Source: Patescibacteria group bacterium (lineage in GTDB: Bacteria; Patescibacteriota; UBA1384; XYA2-FULL-43-10). From it: DNA of 64,000 nt. The stretch lies in the NCBI GenBank assembly GCA_041674405.1, contig JBAYVT010000003.1:8721-72720 (forward strand). The letters run 5' to 3'. Positions 1-9,283 of this stretch are shown here, in pieces. The position numbers were made by a program, and so were the translations under genes. Position 1 is the first letter of the stretch. The number at the start of each line of letters is the position of its first letter. A model generated the notes under the pieces. It worked only from the letters and a program-made list of their open reading frames with translations. It was not told the origin of the DNA and ran no database searches.

Positions 1-264
1 ACAAATTATGACGACACAAGAAGTATTGTGGCTCGATTATCAAGAGAAAGGCACATTAAAAATGCAGGGATTGCACATGCGATAATTTCAAAATTGAAAA
101 CCGCTCAAATGATGGGCAAACGAAAGAACCCTATCCCCGAGAAAACAGCATTAATAAAGCTTGCATTATATATATTCAGGCAATCAATCGGGTCCAATGC
201 AAAAATCGATGGCTACGCAAGGAATATTTTATTAGAACATATTAGTTATTTGGTAAAAGATTGA
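1..264 (+). CDS. hypothetical protein, 5'-truncated at the window edge (C-terminal fragment)
   Basis: The reading frame is open from position 1 and the track ORF starts at a GTG at 28. I see no recognisable motif. Confidence 0.3.
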   Translation, partial: TNYDDTRSIVARLSRERHIKNAGIAHAIISKLKTAQMMGKRKNPIPEKTALIKLALYIFRQSIGSNAKIDGYARNILLEHISYLVKD

Positions 265-267
265 ACA

Positions 268-525
268 TCACAAAGCCACAAATATACCGAATAATCCAAC
301 CGCTAGAATTACAATCGACAATATCATCCCAATCACACTCACCCAGAGAGGATATTTTTTGCGATATGTAATTAAAAAAATTATAGGGTAGATAATCAAC
401 AATACTAATAATGCTCTATATCCCCAAATTAGAAAAAATAACGAGATAACAAAAAGCAACAAGGCTATAGTTCCGCTAATTGATGTTTTATTTTTCATTT
501 CCCTCCTTAATTTTATTTTCAACAT
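268..525 (-). CDS. small integral membrane protein (2-3 TM segments)
   Basis: The 85-aa product is strongly hydrophobic, and AAGGAGGG lies upstream of the ATG. Confidence 0.4.
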   Translation of the reverse strand: MLKIKLRREMKNKTSISGTIALLLFVISLFFLIWGYRALLVLLIIYPIIFLITYRKKYPLWVSVIGMILSIVILAVGLFGIFVAL

Positions 526-576
526 TCATTATAAAACAAACTGATCAATTTATCTAGCCGCTTGGGCTAACTCGCA

Positions 577-620
577 AACGTAACACTTTCTTCGCGACCG
601 CGGAAGAATTGTTACGTTTT
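577..620. repeat. palindromic hairpin repeat, copy A (AACGTAACA...CGCGACCGCG...TGTTACGTT)
   Basis: About 20-bp inverted arms around a CGCGACCGCG centre. It is near-identical to the copies at 28535 and 32808 and sits about 50 bp upstream of the start of ORF 268..525. Confidence 0.6.
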
Positions 621-644
621 TCTTCTTGATATGAATTCTAGAAA

Positions 645-1790
645 TTATTTTTTATTTACTAAGTCGTTCAGGATTCGCCAGCGACGCTGTTTTTCGCTCC
701 AGAGAACAGGATCACCGAGCTTGTAAGCTGCAGTGCCGGAGCGGGGTGAATACTTGTTGACGTAGGCAAGAGAAAAATTAACTTTTTTGAAAACTTCTAT
801 AGTTTCTTCGAAATCCTTTTCTGTTTCCCCCGGAAATCCAACTATTACATCTGTTGTGATCTTGATATCCGAATTTGCTTTTCGAATTTTGTCGATAATT
901 TTCAAATATTGTGATTTTGTATAGGGGCGATTCATTGCTTTCAAAATTTTATCCGATCCGGATTGGAGCGGAAGGTGAATCTCTTTTTTGACTTTTGGCA
1001 ATATCGCAACTGCTTCAATAATATCACCTGCCATGTCCTTTGGGTGGTTCGACATAAAAGAAATAATGAAATTGCCCGGGAGATCATTTAAATCTTCCAG
1101 TAGTATGGCAAAATCAGATTTACTTTTAAGTTTTGAGTTGAGATCCCTCGACTCCGCTCGGGATGACTCCGCTGCGTCGCTTTTGATCCCGAAGGGACCC
1201 CCTTGGGGCTTTGTCTTTTGATTTATTTTGTATGAATTTACGTTTTGCCCCAAAAGCATGATTTCTGACTCACCACGATGGATTAGCGCCTTTACATCTA
1301 GTATGACATCTTCATACGGCCTCGACTTTTCCCGTCCGCGAGTATAAGGTACAGCACAATATGAACAAAAATTATTGCACCCAATCATAATAGGCACATA
1401 ATTGCTAGTATTGCCTGCCCCGAGCGCAGTCGAAGGGTTGAATTTTTGGATTGTTAAATTGCTGGATGGGCCTACATCTTTAGGCAATAATTTAGCAAGA
1501 GATTCAAAACTAGATGAATCGAATAGCTTGATGCCCCTACTCGTAAATTTCTTTTTGTCGCTATCAAGAATGCAGCCACCGACCAGAATTTTCTTATCCT
1601 TCCAATTTTTTATCCGGCCAAATATGCGGTCGATTGCAGTTTGCCGTACAGAGCAGGCGAGGATAATGACTATTTCTGCGTCTGCCGGTTTTTTAGTTTC
1701 CAAAAAATCAAGCTGGTCGAGAAAATATTTAACTCTCGCGCCATCCCATTCATTGTATTGGCATCCAATTATCCAAAGATAATATTTCAT
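645..1790 (-). CDS. radical SAM methylthiotransferase (MiaB/RimO/MtaB family)
   Basis: It has an N-terminal MTTase domain (IGCQYNEWD) and a CxxxCxxC radical SAM motif (CNNFCSYCAVPYTRG). It also contains an in-frame GC-rich insert that encodes PQGGPFG. Confidence 0.8.
   Translation of the reverse strand: MKYYLWIIGCQYNEWDGARVKYFLDQLDFLETKKPADAEIVIILACSVRQTAIDRIFGRIKNWKDKKILVGGCILDSDKKKFTSRGIKLFDSSSFESLAKLLPKDVGPSSNLTIQKFNPSTALGAGNTSNYVPIMIGCNNFCSYCAVPYTRGREKSRPYEDVILDVKALIHRGESEIMLLGQNVNSYKINQKTKPQGGPFGIKSDAAESSRAESRDLNSKLKSKSDFAILLEDLNDLPGNFIISFMSNHPKDMAGDIIEAVAILPKVKKEIHLPLQSGSDKILKAMNRPYTKSQYLKIIDKIRKANSDIKITTDVIVGFPGETEKDFEETIEVFKKVNFSLAYVNKYSPRSGTAAYKLGDPVLWSEKQRRWRILNDLVNKK
1143..1221. 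repeat. GC-rich mini-insertion (double hairpin cccgaaggg/ccccttgggg), in-frame within the MiaB-family gene and flanked by CTTTTGAT direct repeats
   Basis: A local GC spike in an AT-rich gene, with an ACTCCGCT x2 duplication. A CTTTTGAT duplication flanks the core at 1180-1187 and 1214-1221. Confidence 0.5.
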
Positions 1791-1800
1791 CTGTAATTAC

Positions 1801-1830
1801 AAAATGCCTGAAATCAGGCATTTTGTAAAT
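1801..1830 (-). terminator. rho-independent terminator downstream of rplY
   Basis: The hairpin aaaatgcctga-aat-caggcatttt is followed by a T-run on the minus strand. Confidence 0.55.
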
Positions 1831-1844
1831 TTATTTATATCAAA

Positions 1845-2555
1845 TTATTCTTCTTTTTTCTCTTCAGCCGGGGTTTCTTCAGAACCTTCAGCAGTCTCAG
1901 CTTCGCCAGCTTCTTCACCTTCGGCTTTTTCGCCTTCAACTTCGACAGCTTCCACATTTTCGACAACTTCTTCGTTCAGAGCCTCAAGCTCTTCCTCTGA
2001 TCTCGGTGGCTGGACAATAACAACTACCTCTTCCGGATCATCAAGGATTTCGATCTTATCCGAAACTCGCAAGTCTCCCACTTTGATATTTTGTTCAAAG
2101 TCGGTCAAGACCGAAACATCAACATCGATGTGGTCCACAAGATCGGATGGCAAACACTCTACTTCGACAGCGTCTTTGTTCATGATCATGCTGCCTTCCT
2201 GGTTGATAACAAGATCGGTTTCTCCGATGATTTCAAGAGGAATTTCAGTTTTAATCTTTTCTTTAAGATTAACCTTGTAAAAATCAATGTGTTCGATTTT
2301 CTCAGTCACCGGATTTGTTTGAATTTCATGAATAAGGACTTTGATCTTCTGGTCTCCAACGCCAAGATCGACAAGGTTTGACGATCCCGCGTCACGGAAA
2401 AGCCTGTTAAATGCAGTTTCGTCTACAGAAATATTGATAGGATCGAAACCTTTTCCATAAATTATTGCAGGAATTTTTCCTGCGTTTCTTATTTTTTTTG
2501 CGTTCTCTTCGCGCTTTTCAGCACTAAAGGTAAAATCTGTCATTTCTGCTCCCAA
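1845..2555 (-). CDS. rplY: 50S ribosomal protein L25 / general stress protein Ctc, with an acidic C-terminal tail
   Basis: The N-terminus FTFSAEKREENAKKIRNAGKIPAIIYGKG is typical of L25/Ctc, and the protein ends in a long E/A-rich low-complexity tail. Confidence 0.85.
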   Translation of the reverse strand: MGAEMTDFTFSAEKREENAKKIRNAGKIPAIIYGKGFDPINISVDETAFNRLFRDAGSSNLVDLGVGDQKIKVLIHEIQTNPVTEKIEHIDFYKVNLKEKIKTEIPLEIIGETDLVINQEGSMIMNKDAVEVECLPSDLVDHIDVDVSVLTDFEQNIKVGDLRVSDKIEILDDPEEVVVIVQPPRSEEELEALNEEVVENVEAVEVEGEKAEGEEAGEAETAEGSEETPAEEKKEE

Positions 2556-2583
2556 AATGATGAGTATATATCAGTGCAAAAGA

Positions 2584-2886
2584 CTAAATCTCCTGCTTGA
2601 AAATTTCCTGGAATGTCCCCTTAAATTCTTTTAGGAACTTGTGAGTTTCAATTACGTCGTTTGAAATAATTGGATCACCCGACTTGTTGGTAATTGCAGC
2701 CTTGTCATTCAACATGACTGTTGCCAAAAGGGGCATGTGATCTTTACACAAAAGTTCGAGGAAACAGACAGAATCAACAACCCCTCGAATTTTTATGTCA
2801 TCAAAACAATACTGCTTGCCGCATTGAGGGCAACGGACATTTTTCTGAACGGTGCGGATCAAATTCGACAGGTCATTGTGATTCAT
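2584..2886 (-). CDS. hypothetical protein with a CPQCG...C zinc-ribbon-like motif
   Basis: The ORF is 100 aa. Cysteine pairs (CPQCG, C..C) suggest a zinc ribbon. Confidence 0.35.
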   Translation of the reverse strand: MNHNDLSNLIRTVQKNVRCPQCGKQYCFDDIKIRGVVDSVCFLELLCKDHMPLLATVMLNDKAAITNKSGDPIISNDVIETHKFLKEFKGTFQEIFKQEI

Positions 2887-2934
2887 ATCTTAACGCATTA
2901 TACCCAATTAAACCTAAAAAAGTCAAGTGTGATT

Positions 2935-4935
2935 CTACTTCATCTTAGATTCCAAAATTGTGATTGAGTCGCGAATTTCAGCTGCTTTTTCAAATTCCAA
3001 ATTTTTAGCAGCTTCGTACATGTCACGCTCAAGCTCAAAAATCTGTTTTTTCTTTTCACTTTTTGAGAGTACAACAAAATCTTTTTCAATAAATTGTAAT
3101 TTTTTCTCTTGTTTAATTTCTTTTTCTTTCACTGCTTTCTCAATGCTTTTTGGAATAATTCCATGAACTTTATTATATCGATCTTGAAGTACCCTTCTCC
3201 TTTGGGTTTCGGAAATTGCATACTTCATTGACCTGGTGATGGTGTCGGCATACATGATCACTTTGCCATCTTTGTGCCGTGCCGCACGGCCAATGGTTTG
3301 GATCAAAGAAACAGAAGATCGTAAAAATCCTTCTTTGTCAGCATCCAAAATCGCCACAAGCGAAACTTCGGGCAAATCCAGACCCTCACGTAGGAGATTT
3401 ATTCCGACAAGAACGTCAAATTCACCCAGCCTCAAGGAGTGTAATATTTCTGATCGTTCCAATGTGTCGATATCAGAATGCAAATACTGAACCTTGATTT
3501 TTTTCTCAGCCAAAAAGTCAGTGAGTTCTTCTGCCATACGCTTAGTTAGTGTGGTAACTAAAACTCTTTCATGTTTCTCCGTTCGCTTTTCCATTTCAGA
3601 GATCAAATCATTTATTTGGCCTTCTGTTTTTCGAATCTCAACCTCCGGATCCAAAAGCCCGGTCGGACGAATTAATTGTTCAATAACCGCTGGATAATCC
3701 TTGTGCTTACCAGAAACTTCATTATCTTTGGTGCTTTTTTCAATTTCATACTCGTCCGGCGTTGCCGAAGTATATATTGTTTGGCTTATTTTTTTGTAAA
3801 ATTCAGGAAATTTAAGCGGGCGATTGTCGATTGCTGCTGGCAACCTAAATCCATATTCAACCAGCTTTTCTTTTCGAGCCCGATCGCCAGCATACATACC
3901 CCGAACCTGAGGAATTGTCATGTGAGATTCATCAATCACTAAAAGAAAATCTTTGGGAAAGTAATCGATGAGCACATTTGGTGGTTCGCCAGGATTCCTG
4001 CTATCAAAATATCTTGAATAATTCTCAATACCGGAACAATAACCGACATTCTCAATCATCTCAAGATCATAATTTGTCCTTTCTTCTATCCTTTGGGCTT
4101 CAAGAAGTTTTCCATCTGATTTAAATTTTGCAACCTGTGCCTCAAGATCTTTTCGAATTTGTTCCGTGGCTCGTTTTTGAATATTTTCCGGAGTGATAAA
4201 ATGTTTCGCAGGAAATACCTCAAATTCCTCCAAGTCTTGCAATTTACCTCCGGTAACCCAATCGATTTCTGAAATTCTTTCAACCTGATTGCCAAAAAAT
4301 TCCACTTTAATGGAGTTATTCGCATAGGCGGGAAATATTTCAAAGGTATCACCCTTTAGGCGAAAGGTACCACGTTTGAGCTCCAGGTCGTTACGGCTGT
4401 ACTGCTGGTTGGTTAATTTTTTCAAGAACTCGTCACGGGAAATATTTTCACCAATTCGAAATGTAAAGTTTTCTGACCGATACAATTCCGGCGAACCGAT
4501 GCCATAGATGCAGGATACCGACGCGACTATAATTACATCTTTGCGGGTCAAGAGCGCATGAGTGGCTGCGTGGCGCAATCGATCAATTTCATCATTAATT
4601 GATGAATCTTTTTCTATATATGTGTCGGTCTGTGGTATATACGCTTCGGGCTGGTAATAATCATAATAAGAAACAAAATAATGAACTGCATTTTCTGGGA
4701 AAAATTCGCGGAATTCGTCTGCGAGCTGGGCCGCAAGAGTTTTGTTGTGGGCAATAACAAGTGTCGGTTTCTGCACTTTTTCAATAACATTTGCAATCGT
4801 AAAAGTTTTTCCCGATCCGGTCACACCCAAAAGGGTCTGATGCTTTACTTTTTCATCAATGTTTTTTGCCAATCTCTCGATGGCCTGAGGCTGATCGCCC
4901 ATTGGCTTAAATTTTGAATGTATTTTAAATTTCAT
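2935..4935 (-). CDS. uvrB: excinuclease ABC subunit B
   Basis: Helicase motifs GVTGSGKT and DESH are present, and the UvrB-characteristic [10 protein letters not shown] appears near the N-terminus. A C-terminal UVR domain is present. Confidence 0.95.
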   Translation of the reverse strand: MKFKIHSKFKPMGDQPQAIERLAKNIDEKVKHQTLLGVTGSGKTFTIANVIEKVQKPTLVIAHNKTLAAQLADEFREFFPENAVHYFVSYYDYYQPEAYIPQTDTYIEKDSSINDEIDRLRHAATHALLTRKDVIIVASVSCIYGIGSPELYRSENFTFRIGENISRDEFLKKLTNQQYSRNDLELKRGTFRLKGDTFEIFPAYANNSIKVEFFGNQVERISEIDWVTGGKLQDLEEFEVFPAKHFITPENIQKRATEQIRKDLEAQVAKFKSDGKLLEAQRIEERTNYDLEMIENVGYCSGIENYSRYFDSRNPGEPPNVLIDYFPKDFLLVIDESHMTIPQVRGMYAGDRARKEKLVEYGFRLPAAIDNRPLKFPEFYKKISQTIYTSATPDEYEIEKSTKDNEVSGKHKDYPAVIEQLIRPTGLLDPEVEIRKTEGQINDLISEMEKRTEKHERVLVTTLTKRMAEELTDFLAEKKIKVQYLHSDIDTLERSEILHSLRLGEFDVLVGINLLREGLDLPEVSLVAILDADKEGFLRSSVSLIQTIGRAARHKDGKVIMYADTITRSMKYAISETQRRRVLQDRYNKVHGIIPKSIEKAVKEKEIKQEKKLQFIEKDFVVLSKSEKKKQIFELERDMYEAAKNLEFEKAAEIRDSITILESKMK

Positions 4936-5603
4936 TTTTTGTGTTCATTCCGCCATTTTTCGATTTCTGCATGATTTCCGTTCTGCAAAACTTCAGGTAC
5001 TTTCCACCCATTATATTCCACCGGTCGGGTATATACTGGATAGTCGGATTCATCGCCGTTCATAAATGATTCGTTGGCAGCAGATTCCTCTTTGATTACA
5101 CCCGGAATCATCCTTGATATTGTATCAATCATCACCATTGCCGGAAGTTCTCCACCGGTTAGGACATAATCGCCAATTGAAATTTCTTCATCAACCAAAT
5201 GCTCGTGAATTCGCTGGTCAAAACCTTCATAATGCCCGGCAATAAGTGTGAGCTCATCATATTTTGCAAGCTCGATAGCCTTCTTTTGATCAAATTTCGT
5301 GCCAGTTGGAGTTAATAAAATAGTTCTTACTTTTTTTCGATTTGAGATTTGCCCGCCCTGAGCGAGGCCGAAGGGAGATTTGAGATTTGAGATTGCGTGA
5401 TCGACAATGTCGACGCGCAAAACCATCCCGGCGCCACCACCATACGGGGTATCATCGACGGTTTTGTGCTTGTCGATGGCAAAATCGCGCAAATTTATGA
5501 GGTTGATATCGATTAAACTATTTTTCTGAGCACGTTTAAGAATACTCTCAGAGAGAGGCCCCTCGAACATCTTTGGAAATAATGTAATGACATTGAATTT
5601 CAT
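4932..5603 (-). CDS. trmD: tRNA (guanine37-N1)-methyltransferase
   Basis: The SPOUT/TrmD motifs VITLFPKMF and [12 protein letters not shown] are present. The gene overlaps the uvrB start by 4 bp. Confidence 0.9.
   Translation of the reverse strand: MKFNVITLFPKMFEGPLSESILKRAQKNSLIDINLINLRDFAIDKHKTVDDTPYGGGAGMVLRVDIVDHAISNLKSPFGLAQGGQISNRKKVRTILLTPTGTKFDQKKAIELAKYDELTLIAGHYEGFDQRIHEHLVDEEISIGDYVLTGGELPAMVMIDTISRMIPGVIKEESAANESFMNGDESDYPVYTRPVEYNGWKVPEVLQNGNHAEIEKWRNEHKK
5341..5395. repeat. GC-rich mini-insertion inside trmD, flanked by an AGATTTGAGATTTG direct repeat
   Basis: The core cccgccctgagcgaggccgaaggg sits between two copies of agatttgagatttg. It is in-frame and encodes [15 protein letters not shown]. 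Confidence 0.5.
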
Positions 5604-5716
5604 ATTTGTCCAAAAATTATACTTGATTACTCGTAATTTGTCTATGATAACAAAAAGCCGCTAAACAATTGAGCTGTGGCGGCTTCTTGTATTGAATGTA
5701 TTATCTGTGCAAATCT

Positions 5717-5741
5717 GACCCAAAGGGTCCCCTTCGGGGTG
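5717..5741. repeat. GC-rich double mini-hairpin (gacccaaagggtc + ccccttcgggg), intergenic
   Basis: It belongs to the same motif family as the inserts at 1188, 5352 and 55602. ATCTG(T)GA repeats flank it. Confidence 0.45.
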
Positions 5742-5759
5742 AAATAGATCTGTGAGCGT

Positions 5760-6116
5760 CTATTCTTCGTCCAGTACATCTCCGGGAATGTCAGACATCT
5801 CATCGTTTTTTTCTTCTACTTTTTCTTCTGCAGATTCTTCAGATTTTTCGTCTTTTCTTACGTGATCAGATCCCTCTGGCTCAACAATCTTCAGGTTAAC
5901 TCTTGCATTATTTTTGGCCCCGAGAACTCGAAGTAAGGTTCTAATTGATTTTGCAGTTTTTCCCTCTTTACCGATAATTTTACCCATATCAGCAGGATCA
6001 ACGGTAAGCTCGATCAAGACTCCCATTTCATCAACAGTTCTCGCAGTTGAAACCTTATCCGGATTGTCAACAATTGCCTTAACCACGTCTTGCACAAATT
6101 GCTCGTCTCTTTCCAT
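5760..6116 (-). CDS. KH-domain RNA-binding protein (KhpA/YlqC-like, UPF0109) with an acidic tail
   Basis: It carries the KH motif IGKEGKTAKSIRTLL and sits between rpsP and trmD, where rimM normally lies. Confidence 0.8.
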   Translation of the reverse strand: MERDEQFVQDVVKAIVDNPDKVSTARTVDEMGVLIELTVDPADMGKIIGKEGKTAKSIRTLLRVLGAKNNARVNLKIVEPEGSDHVRKDEKSEESAEEKVEEKNDEMSDIPGDVLDEE

Positions 6117-6164
6117 AAAAATCCTTTCTTGCTTGTGCCCCCTCGCATTATTAATGAATAATAA

Positions 6165-6683
6165 TTATTCCTTGCTCGTATCTTCTGCTTTTACTTCTTC
6201 ATTTGTCTCAGTATTTTCAGCAGTTTCAGCCGGGACCTCAGTTTGAGACTCGGGTTCCGTTTTTTCTTCTTGTGGCATTTCGGTATTTTCCGATTCCTGC
6301 GTTTCTTCGGCCGGTTCTGCTACTGCGTTATCCCCCTCAACTTCGGCTTCTTTTGTTTCAGCTGCCGGTTTGGCTTCAGCACTTTCTTTCATGGCCTTTT
6401 TTGTCTTTTCTCTGCCATATACTTTGTTTATTTTGTCGCTTTTTTTCAAAATCCCCAAATCCGCCATTAAATTGCGAACGGTGTCTGATGGAATTGCGCC
6501 TTTTTCCATCCAAAAAAGAGCCCGATCTTTGTCAATAACAATCTCTTTGGGCTGCAAAATTGGATTATAGTGTCCAATTACTTCAATAAATTTTCTTTTA
6601 ACTGCTCTTCTTCTGTCGGCCACAACCACGCGGTAGGCGGGACTGTTTTTCTTGCCAACTCTGGTTAATCTGATTACTACCAT
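6165..6683 (-). CDS. rpsP: 30S ribosomal protein S16 with a long acidic C-terminal extension
   Basis: MVVIRLTRVGKKNSPAYRVVVAD is a canonical S16 N-terminus, so the track's upstream extension is probably not translated. The roughly 90-aa E/T/A-rich tail is unusual. Confidence 0.85.
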   Translation of the reverse strand: MVVIRLTRVGKKNSPAYRVVVADRRRAVKRKFIEVIGHYNPILQPKEIVIDKDRALFWMEKGAIPSDTVRNLMADLGILKKSDKINKVYGREKTKKAMKESAEAKPAAETKEAEVEGDNAVAEPAEETQESENTEMPQEEKTEPESQTEVPAETAENTETNEEVKAEDTSKE

Positions 6684-6729
6684 TATCCTTCTCCCGATTT
6701 TCTTATAAGACTGCTCATAGATTAACAAA

Positions 6730-8064
6730 TTATTCTGAAAATGTCAATTCCTCTCTGTATCCATTTTTAAAATCATCATAACTCATTTCATTCTTACCGG
6801 CCGGTTTGACACGATCGATAACTAAATGCTTTTCTTTATCCAGATGGGCAGCCGTTATCTGAATTCTTTTACCCTTAATATCAGTATATACTCCTGGCCA
6901 AGGATAAAATGCTCGAATCATACGATCAACCTCAACCCCACTGGTTTCCGGTACCACTTCCCCGTCTAATTTTTTAAGAATTTTGGTGTAAGTCGCTTTT
7001 TTTTCGTGCTGAATCACTGGTTTTATGTCACCAGTTATATAATATGGCAAGGCTGTTAATAAAAGTGAAGCACCCAGCTCAGAAAGATAATCGTGCAATA
7101 TCTGATAATTTTCACTTCCCGAAAGCTTAATGCTCGTCTGGGCAATAATCGGGCCGCTATCTACGCCTTCATCAATTTTAATTATCGATACCCCAATTTT
7201 GTGGTCACCATTCAAAATTGCGCTTTGGATCGGAGTTGTCCCTCTGTATTTCGGAAGTAATGAAGGATGAATGTTGAGTGTTTTGTACTTGGGAATTGTA
7301 AATATTTTTTTTGGGATAATAAAGCCAAAATCTGTCACGACACCCAAATCCGGCTTAAGTGATTTTATCTGTTTGAAAGCCTTGTCGTCTTTGAGTGTTT
7401 TGACCTCAATTACAGGGATTTTTAATTTATTTGCAAGTAGTTTTATATTGTTCGCATCAACTTTTTTACCTCGTGCTAGTTTTTCCGAGCTACCCGTTAT
7501 CACAGCCTTGACTTTGTATTGTGGATCGCGATGCAAACTTTCGAGAGTATGGAGACCAAAATTTCCAGTTCCAAAAAATACCACCGATACTTCCTTAATA
7601 TGATCGACAAATAGTGTTGAATTTAAGTGATCAATTTCATGCTGTATAACTCTGCCCTGGATGTTATCAGCGCTAATCTCAATCGGTTTTCCATATCTAT
7701 CCTGCCCAGTGACAGTAATTTTCTGAGGTCTCTTTATGACCAGTTCCATGCCCGGAAAAGAGAGGCACCCCTCCACCATTTTACATTGTTCGCTTGAAGC
7801 TTTTTTAATTTTGGGATTGCACAAAATTGTTAATGGAAATTTTTTGTAACCTTCTTCTTCGTCTTCTTCATCTGTTTGATATTCACAAACCAAAATTTTT
7901 TTTGAATGTCCAACCTGTGGAGCAGCCAGGCCAATTCCATTGTGTTCTCGCATCGTATCCACCATATTGTCAATCAATGTCTGCAATTCCATATCAAAAG
8001 ACTCAACCTTTTCAGTGGCCTCTCGTAATACCGGTTCTCCGTCTTTAAATACTTTTAACTTCAT
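6730..8064 (-). CDS. peptide deformylase / methionyl-tRNA formyltransferase fusion protein
   Basis: Residues 1 to about 165 carry the three Def motifs (GIGLAAPQVG, EGCLSFPG, QHEIDHL). Residues from about 170 to 444 carry Fmt motifs (VVFFGTGNFG, HPSLLPKYRG). Confidence 0.8.
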   Translation of the reverse strand: MKLKVFKDGEPVLREATEKVESFDMELQTLIDNMVDTMREHNGIGLAAPQVGHSKKILVCEYQTDEEDEEEGYKKFPLTILCNPKIKKASSEQCKMVEGCLSFPGMELVIKRPQKITVTGQDRYGKPIEISADNIQGRVIQHEIDHLNSTLFVDHIKEVSVVFFGTGNFGLHTLESLHRDPQYKVKAVITGSSEKLARGKKVDANNIKLLANKLKIPVIEVKTLKDDKAFKQIKSLKPDLGVVTDFGFIIPKKIFTIPKYKTLNIHPSLLPKYRGTTPIQSAILNGDHKIGVSIIKIDEGVDSGPIIAQTSIKLSGSENYQILHDYLSELGASLLLTALPYYITGDIKPVIQHEKKATYTKILKKLDGEVVPETSGVEVDRMIRAFYPWPGVYTDIKGKRIQITAAHLDKEKHLVIDRVKPAGKNEMSYDDFKNGYREELTFSE

Positions 8065-9218
8065 CTATTAAATCCTTTCGGATGGCTTGTGTGCCAATTC
8101 CAAGCAGTCTTCGCCATATCGGCTAGAGAATATTTTGCTTTCCATTCAAACATTTTTTCAGCTTTGTTGCTATTTGCGACCGAAACTGCCGGATCACCGC
8201 TTCGCCGACCAACAAAGCTGTATGCAACTTTTTTGCCCGATGCTTGATTAACAGCAGCAATTACTTCAAGAACAGTCGAGCCTTTACTAGTTCCCAAATT
8301 GAATGTGTCAGAAACAGAAGTTTTGAGCAAATAATTCAATGCTGACACATGCCCAGCTGCTATATCGGAAACATGGATATAATCTCGAATGCCAGTTCCA
8401 TCAGGCGTCTTATAGTCGTTACCGAAAACCTTTAACTCGGGTATTTTTCCAAGAAGATGTAAAATACAAACCACCATGAGTGTTGTCGGGTTGGCCTTGT
8501 CTTCACCAATCTCACCTTCCGGATCAGCGCCGCAAACGTTGAAATAACGCAATACAATTGATTTAATACCAGATATTTTATCATACTTTTTAAGAAGAAC
8601 TTCGTCAAGCATTTTAGATAAGCCATAGATTGAAAGTGGGATTCTCAATGCAGCCAACTCCTCATCGGAAAGAGCAATTTCTGGCCGGTTAGCGTATATA
8701 CTATTATATGCGGCAATAAATTTTTGGAAGAATTCTTCACCCTCAACATCAGCCCCTTCCCACTTACCGGCAAGAAGGTATGATTTTTCCGGTTTAAACC
8801 GTTCAGTGTAATCCTCAACAAAAGGAATTTCTTTCTCATCCTCCGGATTGCCATATGTGGATGCAGTCGAGGATTTGATAATATATTTACACCCAACTTC
8901 AGACATTACATCGAGCAAATTGACAAAATTTTCGACGTTATTTTTAAGATATTTTTCCGGTTTCTCCATTGATTCGCCGACAGCGAGATAAGCTGCAAAA
9001 TCTATAACTGCATCAGGTTTGTGCTTTTTGAAAATCTGTCTTACTTTTTCTTTATCGGCAAGATCACAAAGTTCAAATTCCGCTCGTGACTCAATCGATT
9101 CTTTGTGTCCAGTCTCTAGGCTGTCGAGTACAACCACATCAAATCCGGCATTCTTGAGTTCTTTAACAGTGTGACTCCCAATATATCCGGCACCACCGGT
9201 GACTAAAATCTTTAGCAT
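8061..9218 (-). CDS. galE: NAD-dependent epimerase/dehydratase (UDP-glucose 4-epimerase-like) with an internal insertion of about 55 aa
   Basis: The Rossmann motif GGAGYIGS and a YGxSK catalytic motif are present. The product is 385 aa against roughly 330 for a typical GalE. Confidence 0.75.
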   Translation of the reverse strand: MLKILVTGGAGYIGSHTVKELKNAGFDVVVLDSLETGHKESIESRAEFELCDLADKEKVRQIFKKHKPDAVIDFAAYLAVGESMEKPEKYLKNNVENFVNLLDVMSEVGCKYIIKSSTASTYGNPEDEKEIPFVEDYTERFKPEKSYLLAGKWEGADVEGEEFFQKFIAAYNSIYANRPEIALSDEELAALRIPLSIYGLSKMLDEVLLKKYDKISGIKSIVLRYFNVCGADPEGEIGEDKANPTTLMVVCILHLLGKIPELKVFGNDYKTPDGTGIRDYIHVSDIAAGHVSALNYLLKTSVSDTFNLGTSKGSTVLEVIAAVNQASGKKVAYSFVGRRSGDPAVSVANSNKAEKMFEWKAKYSLADMAKTAWNWHTSHPKGFNR

Positions 9219-9283
9219 TTTATATTCCCGTTAATGATTCTATTTCATTTTAACAAAGTTATTAGGTTTAAATCCAGTTTATT

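Noticed and set aside
5370-5403. The gatttgagatttgagattg tandem as a simple microsatellite.
   Set aside because: It is one half of a direct duplication that flanks a GC-rich core. I interpret it as part of the mini-insertion, not as an independent satellite.
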